Shown one piece after another: positions 41,385 to 53,500 of a DNA stretch of 64,000 nucleotides (the first letter of the stretch is position 1; the number at the start of each line of letters is the position of its first letter). A program made the translations under genes and the position numbers. The DNA lies in NCBI GenBank assembly GCA_002269645.1, contig NIVC01000029.1, positions 806,001 through 870,000 on the forward strand. Direction: 5' to 3'. The notes under the pieces were generated by a model. That model was not told the origin of the DNA and searched no databases. It worked only from the letters and a program-made list of their open reading frames with translations. Source of the stretch: Macrostomum lignano. Taxonomy: Eukaryota.

Positions 41385-43105
41385 AGTGGAGTCAGGGAGT
41401 CAGTGGAGGGAGAGAAGTCAGTGGTGAGTCAGCGGAGGGAGAGAAGTCAGTGGAGGGAGTCAGTGGAGGGAGTCAGTGGTGAGTCAGTAGAGGGGGTCAG
41501 CGGAGGGAGAGAAGTCAGTGGAGGGAGTCAGTGGAGGGAGTCAGTGGAGGGAGTCAGTGGAGGGAGTCAGTGGAGGGAGTCAGTGGAGGGAGTCAGCGGA
41601 GGGAGTCAGCGGAGGGAGTCAGTGGAGGGAGTCAGTAGAGGGAGTCAGCGGAGGGAGAGAAGTCAGTGGAGAGTCAGTGGAGGGAGTCAGTGGAGGGAGT
41701 CAGTGGAGGGAGTCCATGGAGGGAGTCAGTGGAGGGAGTCAGTGGAGGGAGTCAGTGGAGGGAGTCAGTGGAGGGAGTCAGCGGAGGGAGAGAAGTCAGT
41801 GGAGAGTCAGTGGAGGGAGTCAGTGGAGGGAGTCAGTGGAGGGAGTCAGTGGAGGGAGTCAGTGGAGAGAGTCAGTGGAGGGAGTCAGTGGAGGGAGTCA
41901 GTGGAGGGAGTCAGTGGAGGGAGTCAGTGGAGGGAGTCAGTGGAGGGAGTCAGTGGAGGGAGTCAGTGGAGGGAGTCAGTGGAGGGAGTCAGTAGAGGGA
42001 GTCAGTGGAGGGAGTCAGTGGAGGGAGTCAGTGGAGGGAGTCAGTGGAGGGAGTCAGTGGAGGGAGTCAGCGGAGGGAGTCAGCGGAGGGAGTCAGTGGA
42101 GGGAGTCAGTAGAGGGAGTCAGTGGAGGGAGTCAGTGGAGGGAGTCAGTGGAGGGAGTCAGTGGAGGGAGTCAGTGGAGGGAGTCAGTGGAGGGAGTCAG
42201 TGGAGGGAGTCAGTGGAGGGAGTCAGTGGAGGGAGTCAGTAGAGGGAGTCAGTGGAGGTAGTCAGTTGAGGGAGTCAGTGGAGGGAGTCAGTGGAGAGAG
42301 TCAGTGGAGGGAGTCAGTGGAGGGAGTCAGTGGAGGGAGTCCGTGGTGAGAGTCCGTTAAAGGAGTCAGAGGAGAGTCAGTGGTGAGTCAGTGGAGAGAG
42401 TCAGCGGAGGGAGTCAGTAGAGGGAGTCAGTGGAGGGAGTCAGTGGAGGGAGTCAGTGGAGGGAGTCAGTGGAGGGAGTCAGTGAAGGGAGTCAGTGGAG
42501 GGAGTCAGTAGAGGGAGTCAGTGGAGGTAGTCAGTGGAGGGAGTCAGTAGAGGGAGTCAGTGGAGGGAGTCAGTGGAGGGAGTCAGCGGAGGGAGTCAGT
42601 GGAGGGAGTCAGTGGAGGGAGTCAGCGGAGGGAGTCAGCGGAGGGAGTCAGTAGAGGGAGTCAGTGGAGGGAGTCAGTGGAGGGAGTCAGTGGAGGGAGT
42701 CAGTGGTGAGAGTCAGTGGAGGGAGTCAGTGGTGAGAGTCAGTGGAGGGAGTCCGTGGAGGGAGTCAGTGGAGGGAGTCAGTGGAGGGAGTCCGTGGAGG
42801 GAGTCAGTGGTGAGAGTCAGTGGAGGGAGTCAGTGGTGAGAGTCAGTGGAGGGAGTCCGTGGAGGGAGTCAGTGGAGGGAGTCAGTGGAGGGAGTCCGTG
42901 GAGGGAGTCAGTGGTGAGAGTCAGTGGAGGGAGTCAGTGGTGAGAGTCAGTGGAGAGAGTCAGTGGAGGGAGTCAGTGGAGGGAGTCAGTGGAGGGAGTC
43001 CGTGGAGGGAGTCAGTGGTGAGAGTCAGTGGAGGGAGTAAGTGGAGGGAGTCCGTGGAGGGAGTCAGAGGAGAGTCAGTGGTGAGTCAGTGGAGAGAGTC
43101 AGTGG
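41385..43105. repeat. 13-bp G-rich minisatellite (GGAGGGAGTCAGT)n
   Basis: Direct reading, >120 units; lies just 5' of the TBC start codon. Confidence 0.96.
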
Positions 43106-44044
43106 AATCATAGGTACACAGGAACAGTACCAACCGGGACTGCACGCAAGCAGAATCTGTGGAAACCAAGCAGACACGGGATAAAGACGGCCCCGCCCAA
43201 ATAAAAACAGCAAATTCTTTGATCTGAACTAGAATATCAGGTATTATATGAATAACTAAAGCAATGGACATGGCTGCGAGTATGCATACTATATATACAA
43301 GGCTAAATTCAGTAACCTGCCGGTAGCCACGCCTATTAGAAAAAGCAAGCGACATCACTCAGTCAGGCATGCATAAAGAATAGAAATAATTGCGTTTGAA
43401 AGATTCTAACAATACGATGCTTCTTTGGGAACAAAAAACGCTAAAAGATAATCACAGTAGTGGCTCTTCATTTTTGACAAAACTGATATTTAAGCACAAG
43501 GCAGGTGCATCATTATTTTTTCTCTAGGTTGTAAAAGCCACTTTTGTGAGTTGAAATTCAAAAAGGCAATTCTTGTTGCTTTGATGGCAATTAGGGCTTT
43601 TTATGGCTTGTGACAGAGAGTGTATATGCCTGACGATTGGAAAGTCAGAGGACCGCTGTACACCTCCATGAGAAAGAGTTTCGATATTTATAGATAAATA
43701 TTAATTATTAATAAATACTTACTTACCCTAAAGATTCAGACATAGGAAAGGAAAATATAAGAGAGCTATAAATTGCGGACGGTTCCTGTTATAAATATGA
43801 CCTACAGACAGTTTGCCGGAGCCAATAGGAATAGACACAAGCTGCATTCTTTTCTAGAAAAGGTGTAGAAAATCATATCAAATCATAAAACTAACAATAA
43901 CTGGTTTAATACTGCATCTGGATTCTGCACTTTAAGGGCTACATCTACTCTACATTCTACAATATTGGTTTGGCTATTACCGGCATTGACAACTGTTTAA
44001 TTCTTCTAATAAATCTTCTAACTGAGTCTGCGATTGCATCTGTT

Positions 44045-44843
44045 CTACAGCTTGGCACCCAGGTCTACACTAGGCCTACAGCTTGGCACCCAGGTCTACA
44101 CTAGGCCTACAGCTTGGCATCCAGGTCTACACTAGGCCTACAGCTTGGCACCCAGGTCTACACTAGGCCTACAGCTTGGCATCCAGGTCTACACTAGGCC
44201 TACAGCTTGGCACCCAGGTCTACACTAGGCCTACAGCTTGGCACCCAGGTCTACACTAGGCCTACAGCTTGGCACCCAGGTCTACACTAGGCCTACAGCT
44301 TGGCATCCAGGTCTACACTAGGCCTACAGCTTGGCATCCAGGTCTACACTAGGCCTACAGCTTGGCACCCAGGTCTACACTAGGCCTACAGCTTGGCATC
44401 CAGGTCTACACTAGGCCTACAGCTTGGCATCCAGGTCTACACTAGGCCTACAGCTTGGCACCCAGGTCTACACTAGGCCTACAGCTTGGCACCCAGGTCT
44501 ACACTAGGCCTACAGCTTGGCATCCAGGTCTACACTAGGCCTACAGCTTGGCATCCAGGTCTACACTAGGCCTACAGCTTGGCACCCAGGTCTACACTAG
44601 GCCTACAGCTTGGCATCCAGGTCTACACTAGGCCTACAGCTTGGCACCCAGGTCTACACTAGGCCTACAGCTTGGCATCCAGGTCTACACTAGGCCTACA
44701 GCTTGGCATCCAGGTCTACACTAGGCCTACAGCTTGGCACCCAGGTCTACACTAGGCCTACAGCTTGGCACCCAGGTCTACACTAGGCCTACAGCTTGGC
44801 ACCCAGGTCTACACTAGGCCTACAGCTTGGCACCCAGGTCTAC
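44045..44843. repeat. 31-bp highly homogeneous minisatellite (CTACAGCTTGGCAYCCAGGTCTACACTAGGC)n
   Basis: About 26 units differing essentially at one C/T site. Confidence 0.97.
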
Positions 44844-45729
44844 AACTTGACAAAGAAATGATAAAACCGAAACCAAATCAAAAGCAAAAGATTCCTGCAG
44901 TTTTCTGCAAAAAAACAGTTTTCTTTTATTTCAGTACAGACATGTACCATTTACAGTCAATAGAATACGCTAATGCAAAAATAATATAACGAGAGCAAAG
45001 CGATATAATATGATTGTAATAATAATAATAATAATAGATTAAAAACAATCAATCAAGACAGCTTATTATACATACATAAATATATATATATATATATTCT
45101 AAATAGCAGCCTCAATACCGTTTAGTTGTGTGTGACGCAAAAATTGAATATTAGAGTTTTCTTTCTTCCTAAGTTAAGGACGGTCAGGTTTCCTGTGTGT
45201 ACAGGATTAATAATAAATTCTTCACAATAAACTTCAAGTTCTAGCATATAAATAGTAATAAAAAATATTACCATTATTGACAAGAATTAATTTTCGTGCA
45301 AACCATACTGAATCTTGAGTAAAATATAGAAGCTACAGAAAAAAACTAAAACGATAAAAAAACAGATTATACAGTACAAACTAATGTTCTGTAAGATTCT
45401 TTTTGCAATTGTGATTTGTTTTCAATGATACAAAATAAAACTGTTATCATTGCAACTACTACACAGAGAAGATTACAGCAATCAAATTTATTGATTACTC
45501 GACAATGTTAAATAAGTGCAGCAGCTTCATTAAAATATCGGATCGCGTTGCTGGGTGCTATAAATAAATAATAAGAGATTTCCTAGTTCAATTGCATAAT
45601 ATTTAAGCATAGCAAAAATTTTATAGAGGACTAGATAATGGAAATCTAACCCAAGTAAGTTTAATGAATAATAAAACTATTGAGGGCACATTGAAAATAA
45701 TGTGCCTATGTATATGCTCGTCAAGGAAT

Positions 45730-46215
45730 GGGGTGGCTGTTATTAGAGAGTGTACAATGGGGAGTGGGGTGGCTGTTATTAGAGAGTGTACAATGGGGAG
45801 TGGGGTGGCTGTTATTAGAGAGTGTACACTGGGGAGTGGGGTGGCTGTTATTAGAGAGTTGTACACTGGGGAGTGGGGTGGCTGTTATTAGAGTGTACAC
45901 TGGGGAGTGGGGTGGCTGTTATTAGAGAGTTGTACACTGGGGAGTGGGGTGGCTGTTATTAGAGAGTACACTGGGGAGTGGGGTGGCTGTTATTAGAGAG
46001 TTGTACACTGGGGAGTGGGGTGGCTGTTATTAGAGAGTGTACACTGGGGAGTGGGGTGGCTGTTACTAGAGAGTGTACACTGGGGAGTGGGGTGGCTGTT
46101 ATTAGAGAGTGTACACTGGGGAGTGGGGTGGCTGTTACTAGAGAGTGTACACTGGGGAGTGGGGTGGCTGTAATCAGCGAGTGTACATTGGGGACTGGTG
46201 ACTGCCAACAGAGTG
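45730..46215. repeat. 36-bp G-rich minisatellite (GGGGAGTGGGGTGGCTGTTATTAGAGAGTGTACACT)n
   Basis: Direct reading; the pseudo-ORF has a 12-aa period. Confidence 0.94.
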
Positions 46216-47141
46216 TACATTGGGTAGTGTCACTGAATGCTTAAAATACACTAATATAGGCCCTACTATGGTTTTGATAACAATTGAATATTTTGTGCAG
46301 AATTACGAACTACATTATTGATTTTGCGATAAAATTCCTGTGAGCCAGCACCTAATTATAGTTAGGCGGATAGTAATAGCTCGTATAACTGACAAATATA
46401 AAAAAGCATCATAACATAAATCATTACTCTACTGTGATCACAGTTAAGGAGAAATCACGTTTACTGCAATTAGAAATATATTGCTATAGGCGATGACGTG
46501 TCGCATGAGAACCGTGAACTCTTGACAGCAATTTAATACAAGTAAAAAAGGAGTTACACATAAGACGCGAAAAGTCAATAAGAATTAGTCAAGCATATCA
46601 ATTTCTTTTGTAAATAAATTACGTACATCATAGCAAATACAAGACAGAAAAAGCAAATTCTTATTACTAAGGCAAAATTTTGCAAGTGAATTACATTTTG
46701 TTTTAATTTGTTTTACTCATAATATTGATATAAGTATCTAAATTTGTTTTTAATAACAACTGCCGCAAAACTATCAAGGTAAAGTGAAACTTGATTACAA
46801 AACATAAAACGAGAATTATTTATGAACTTTAGTTTCTGTCGCTAAATCAATAATCTAAAACGTGGGACTGAGAAGTCAATAAGCAGTTATTATTGATACA
46901 TGTAAAAACACGGTCACATTACATGAGAGACGATTATAAACACATTTTTGTCTTGCGCTGGTGCTTAGATTAGAAAAAACTGGATTTAGATAAACACATA
47001 AGGTTGTTTATAGATTCTACAGAGATGTTTATTAAATCGAAAAAGGTGTTTATAAATTCTAAAAGGGTGTTTATGGATTCCAAAGAGGTTTATATAACCT
47101 AAAAGGGTGTTTATGAATAATAATAACAATTGACTAAATCT

Positions 47142-47330
47142 GCCGGCTGCGTACGGCTGTTCAGTCCAAGGACTGAGGGGTCGCCACACACATCCTCAAT
47201 TACCCCAGCTAATGCTGGCACCCATTTTACAGCTGGGTGAACTGAAGCAATGCAGAGTTAAGTGTCTTGCTCAAGGACAATTTTTTCGAGTGGTATTGGG
47301 AATCGAATCCCCGACCTTCACAAGCTACAA
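47142..47330 (-). mobile_element. Same tRNA/CORE-like SINE, copy 4 (degenerate head)
   Basis: Body identical in layout to copies 1-3; it interrupts a degenerate AAAAGGGTGTTTATGGATTC repeat 3' of the HDAC stop. Confidence 0.78.
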
Positions 47331-47574
47331 TTCTTAAAAAGGGTGTTTATGGATTCTAAAAAGGTTGTTTATTGATTATAAAAGGGTGTTATAACGATAA
47401 CAATAGATTTTTTAAAAACGAATGTTTATAATAAATTCTCTAAATGGGTGCGCAATCTGGGGTTAAAATCAATAAATACATATTATAATATAATAGTTGC
47501 TAAAGGTAAGGCCAACCCAGCACATCAAAACTATTTAATAGATGTTTATACAGATTTCGGTGTGAGGTACAAAC

Positions 47575-50500
47575 TCAATGAGAGCCAGCACTGCCAAAGC
47601 TCAGCGCATGCAATCTCTGAGTGGCCTCTTCAACGCTCATATCGACTGTACTAGCGGCCGGAGCCAAGCCCAGACAGGCGCCCCAGAAGGGTCGCTGTAC
47701 TCGAACAACTTGATGAATCAATTCAACAGCGTCAGCATTCGGTCGTCGCAGTCGTTCAGCGTCTGACAGCTGCGGCACAGGTTCGCCTAGCAGTACGCGA
47801 AGGCAGGCTTCAACGCAAGCTGGCAAAGTGGCAAGATCGTAGCCGCCTTCCAGCGCCAGAGCCACCCGGCCGCCTGGGGTGGCGTGCAACAGTTGCCAGG
47901 TTAACTGGGCGAAGCCTTCAGGCGACAGGCAGTAGCCGCCTAGGTTGGATGGGTGGCCTCTGGCCGCGTCGAAACCCGCCGATACGAGTAAAATATTGGG
48001 CGCGTATTGCGCTACTACTGGCAGTACGATTGCGCGAAATGCTGCCAGGTATTCTGCGTCGCCCATGACCTGACAAATGCGTTAGAGGGTTGTGGACTTT
48101 TTAAAAACTTGCTGAAAATTTTCAGGCGTGTTTCAGTAAGCTGAAGCTAACCTACTTCATGTGTGTTTCAGTAAGCTGAAGCTATCCTACTTCATGTGTG
48201 TTTCAGTAAGCTGAAGCTATCCTACTTCATGTGTGTTTCAGTAAGCTGAAGCTATCCTACTTCATGTGTGTTTCAGTAAGCTGAAGCTAACCTACTTCAT
48301 GTGTGTTTCAGTAAGCTGAAGCTATCCTACTTCATGTGTGTTTCAGTAAGCTGAAGCTATCCTACTTCATGTGTGTTTCAGTAAGCTGAAGCTATCCTAC
48401 TTCATGTGTGTTTCAGTAAGCTGAAGCCTGAAGTAAAGCTACTTCAGGTGTGTTTCAGTAAGCTGAAGCTATCCTACTTCATGTGTGTTTCAGTAAGCTG
48501 AAGCTATCCTACTTCATGTGTGTTTCAGTAAGCTGAAGCTATCCTACTTCATGTGTGTTTCAGTAAGCTGAAGCTATCCTACTTCATGTGTGTTTCAGTA
48601 AGCTGAAGCTATCCTACTTCATGTGTGTTTCAGTAAGCTGAAGCTATCCTACTTCATGTGTGTTTCAGTAAGCTGAAGCTATCCTACTTCATGTGTGTTT
48701 CAGTAAGCTGAAGCTATCCTACTTCATGTGTGTTTCAGTAAGCTGAAGCTATCCTACTTCATGTGTGTTTCAGTAAGCTGAAGCTATCCTACTTCATGTG
48801 TGTTTCAGTAAGCTGAAGCTATCCTACTTCATGTGTGTTTCAGTAAGCTGAAGCTATCCTACTTCATGTGTGTTTCAGTAAGCTGAAGATAACCTACTTC
48901 ATGTGTGTTTCAGTAAGCTGAAGCTAACCTACTTCATGTGTGTTTCAGTAAGCTGAAGCTAACCTACTTCACGTGTGTTTCAGTAAGCTGAAGATAACCT
49001 ACTTCATGTGTGTTTCAGTAAGCTGAAGCTAACCTACTTCATGTGTGTTTCAGTAAGCTGAAGCTATCCTACTTCATGTGTGTTTCAGTAAGCTGAAGCT
49101 AACCTACTTCATGTGTGTTTCAGTAAGCTGAAGCTAACCTACTTCATGTGTGTTTCAGTAAGCTGAAGCTATCCTACTTCATGTGTGTTTCAGTAAGCTG
49201 AAGCTATCCTACTTCATGTGTGTTTCAGTAAGCTGAAGCTAACCTACTTCATGTGTGTTTCAGTAAGCTGAAGCTAACCTACTTCATGTGTGTTTCAGTA
49301 AGCTGAAGATAACCTACTTCATGTGTGTTTCAGTAAGCTGAAGCCTGTAGTAAAGCCACTTCAGGCGTGTTTCAGTAAGCTGAAGCTAACTTACTTCATG
49401 TGTGTTTCAGTAAGCTGAAGCTAACTTACTTCATGTGTGTTTCAGTAAGCTGAAGCTAACCTACTTCATGTGTGTTTCAGTAAGCTGAAGCTATCCTACT
49501 TCATGTGTGTTTCAGTAAGCTGAAGCTAACCTACTTCATGTGTGTTTCAGTAAGCTGAAGATAACCTACTTCATGTGTGTTTCAGTAAGCTGAAGCCTGA
49601 AGTAAAGCCACTTCAGGTGTGTTTCAGCAAGCTGAAGCCTGAAGTAAAGCCACTTCAGGTGTGTTTCAGCAAGCTGAAGCCTGAAGTAAAGCCACTTCAG
49701 GTGTGTTTCAGTAAGCTGAAGCCTGAAGTAAAGCTACTTCAGGTGTGTTTCAGTAAAGCTGAAGCCTGAAGTAAAGCTACTTCAGGTGTGTTTCAGTAAG
49801 CTGAAGCCTGAAGTAAAGCCATTTCAGGTGTGTTTCAGTAAGCTGAAGCCTGAAGTAAAGCCACTTCAGGTGTGTTTCAGTTAAGCTGAAGCCTGAAGTA
49901 AAGCCACTTCACGTGTGTTTCAGTAAGCTGAAGATAACCTACTTCATGTGTGTTTCAGTAAGCTGAAGCTAACCTACTTCATGTGTGTTTCAGTAAGCTG
50001 AAGCTATCCTACTTCATGTGTGTTTCAGTAAGCTGAAGCTAACCTACTTCATGTGTGTTTCAGTAAGCTGAAGCTAACCTACTTCATGTGTGTTTCAGTA
50101 AGCTGAAGCTATCCTACTTCATGTGTGTTTCAGTAAGCTGAAGCTATCCTACTTCATGTGTGTTTCAGTAAGCTGAAGCTAACCTACTTCATGTGTGTTT
50201 CAGTAAGCTGAAGCTAACCTACTTCATGTGTGTTTCAGTAAGCTGAAGATAACCTACTTCATGTGTGTTTCAGTAAGCTGAAGCCTGAAGTAAAGCCACT
50301 TCAGGCGTGTTTCAGTAAGCTGAAGCTAACTTACTTTATGTGTGTTTCAGTAAGCTGAAGCTAACTTACTTCATGTGTGTTTCAGTAAGCTGAAGCTAAC
50401 CTACTTCATGTGTGTTTCAGTAAGCTGAAGCTATCCTACTTCATGTGTGTTTCAGTAAGCTGAAGCTAACCTACTTCATGTGTGTTTCAGTAAGCTGAAG

Positions 50501-53500
50501 ATAACCTACTTCATGTGTGTTTCAGTAAGCTGAAGCCTGAAGTAAAGCCACTTCAGGTGTGTTTCAGCAAGCTGAAGCCTGAAGTAAAGCCACTTCAGGT
50601 GTGTTTCAGCAAGCTGAAGCCTGAAGTAAAGCCACTTCAGGTGTGTTTCAGTAAGCTGAAGCCTGAAGTAAAGCTACTTCAGGTGTGTTTCAGTAAAGCT
50701 GAAGCCTGAAGTAAAGCTACTTCAGGTGTGTTTCAGTAAGCTGAAGCCTGAAGTAAAGCCATTTCAGGTGTGTTTCAGTAAGCTGAAGCCTGAAGTAAAG
50801 CCACTTCAGGTGTGTTTCAGTTAAGCTGAAGCTATAGTCTACCTACTTTATTATATCGACTATGTTTATCAACAATCCGCAATAAACACTAAAGTAAAAA
50901 GTACACACACGCGTATCAAGATTAAAGACAGGCACATCCGGGATCTCCTCTATTAAGCTACCTGTCAGACACAAAATATCATATATCATACTTTATTATC
51001 TAGATATCCATCTACCACAGCTCGACAGATCACTTACATCACTTACTGCAGATCATGTGTGGTAAACAATTTTTGACACTATTGCTTACCTGTCCAGACC
51101 AAGGTATGTTAATATTAGTACCAAGTCCAGCCCCAGTGCCGATTTCATCTAGCGCTCCGGAACCGGGAAAAAATGCTCCGCCATCGTAACGATGCAGCGA
51201 GATGTACAGCACACTCGGATCGGAATAGAATGTCGACTGAGTCCCGTTGCCATGGTGAACGTCCCAGTCGACTATGCAAACTCGGGCCGCTTGGCCGGAC
51301 CGAACTAAACTGCGAGCGGCTATGGCAACGGAATTGAAGTAGCAGAACCCCATGGCCTGGTGAGGTGGGGGTGGGGTTGAGTGTTGAATAGACTGCTGTG
51401 TTATATTGTTTCGGGTTGTGTTTATTGGGTCGGACCGTCGGGTTGTGTTTATTGGGCCGGGTTGTGTTTACTGGGTCGGGTTGTGTTTATTGGGCCGGGT
51501 TGTGTTTATTGGGCCGGGTTGTGTTTACTGGGTCGAGTTGAGTTTTTTTGGGTTGGGTTGTGTTTATTGGGCCGGGTTGTGTTTATTGGGCCGGGTTGTG
51601 TTTACTGGGTCGGATTGTGTTTATTGGGCCGGGTTGTGTTTACTGGGTCGGGTTGTGTTTACTGGGTCGGACCGTCGGGTTGTGTTTATTGGGCCGGGTT
51701 GTGTTTACTGGGTCGGGTTGTGTTTACTGGGTCGGGTTGTGTTTACTGGGTCGGGTTGTGTTTACTGGGTCGGGTTGTGTTTACTGGGTCGGGTTGTGTT
51801 TACTGGGTCGGGTTGTGTTTACTGGGTCGGGTTGTGTTTACTGGGTCGGGTTGTGTTTACTGGGTCGGACCGTCGGGTTGTGTTTATTAGGCCGGGTTGT
51901 GTTTATTAAGTCGGGTTGTGTTTATTAGGCCGGGTTGTGTTTATTAAGTCGGGTTGTGTTTATTAGGCCGGGTTGTGTTTATTAAGTCGGGTTGTGTTTA
52001 ATGGGTCGGGTTGTGTTTAATGGGTCGGGTTGTGTTTAATGGGTCGGGTTGTGTTTAATGGGTCGGGTTGTGTTTATTGGGTCATGTTGTGTTTATTGGG
52101 TCGGGTTGTGTTTATTGGGTTGGGGTGTGTTTATTGGGTCGGGTTGTGTTTATTAGGCGGATCAAGTGTTAATTGGACTGCTGTGTTTATTGGGTCGGAC
52201 CGTCGGGTTGTGTTTATTGGGTTGGGTTGTGTTTATAGGGTCGGGTTGTGTTTATTGGGTCGGGTTGTGTTTATAGGGTCGGGTTGTGTTTATAGGGTCG
52301 GGTTGTGTTTACTGGGTCGGGTTGTGTTTATTGGGTTGGTTTGTGTTTATTTGGTTGACTGTAAAATGTTTATGAAGTAGTAAACGTTTACTGGGTTATT
52401 TCTAATGTTTTTTTAAGGTCACATAATTTAGCAAAACCAACGCACCTGAGAATGCTCAGCGTGATGACCAGGCGGCCTGATCAGCGCCAGACCGTTTCTA
52501 CAATCGCCCAAAGCGATTCTCTGGCACAACTCCAGCAGTACGCCAACAGCCAATCGGCAGGCCTGAGCTGTGCCGCCTTCGATCCACACCGTGTCCGTGT
52601 CTACGCCAAAGCCGCCGCAGGGTAGCTGGGCGAATTTGAAATTCAATAGCAGAGTAGGATCTAATCTAGTGCGCTGGGAAGGCTGAGTGGCGTGTAGGAC
52701 GCTGTACATCTCGTCGTGGCAGAGGCGCAGCTCTTCAATGGTGGCTTTGCGAGATCTAAATTCAAAATTAGAGGAGTAGGGTGGTTAAGGCGTGAGAATA
52801 GTCCTGACGTGAGGTAAGATATGAGAAGTTGAGATGAACAATTTGTGATAAATTAACATTCTGAGGTGTGATAAGATAAGATTAAAATTTGGATGAGATC
52901 TGCAGGGTTGAGTTACTAAAAGTACAGGCAAAATTCTTGCACTTATTACGTTACCAAAAGTACATGCGTAATTGATTGAATTAATAAATACTATAGTACA
53001 AGGATTACTGATGAAACTCTAGAATCAGTAAAAGTACCAACATAATAAATGTATTAATAATAGATTACTAAAAGTACAAACCTAATTATTGCACTATTGT
53101 TATTTAAATTAGTATAAGTATAAAGCTACTTATCGCTCTATTAATAGGTTACTGAAAGTACATAGTTATTTATTGCACTATTATTAAATTACTGAAAGTA
53201 CAAACCGACCTATATTGCACTATTAATATGAATTATTCTAAAAGTTAATCATTGCAGCAGTAAGGAATTACTAAAAGTACAAACTAAATAATGTCGTACT
53301 TGATTCCTAAAAGTTCAAACATAAGTGTTGAACTACTAAATAACTAAAAGTACAAATCTATTTAGACCGAGCGCAATCAATAAAGAAATAACTAAAAGTA
53401 CAAACCTAAATCGCAGACACCTGGCCGCCAGCCCGCATTCAACCAACCGTTGCCAGACCAACTCTAACCGGAACGGGTTCTCCGGGTGCAGCCCGCTCTG

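Noticed and set aside
43086-43358. 90-aa minus-strand ORF as an upstream TBC exon
   Set aside because: No homology cue or clear splice link, and it ends inside the 13-mer array.
48125-50832. CRISPR-like appearance (35-bp partly palindromic repeats), also 44045-44843
   Set aside because: Units are head-to-tail with no unique spacers, there are no cas genes, and the context is a eukaryotic intron or intergenic region.
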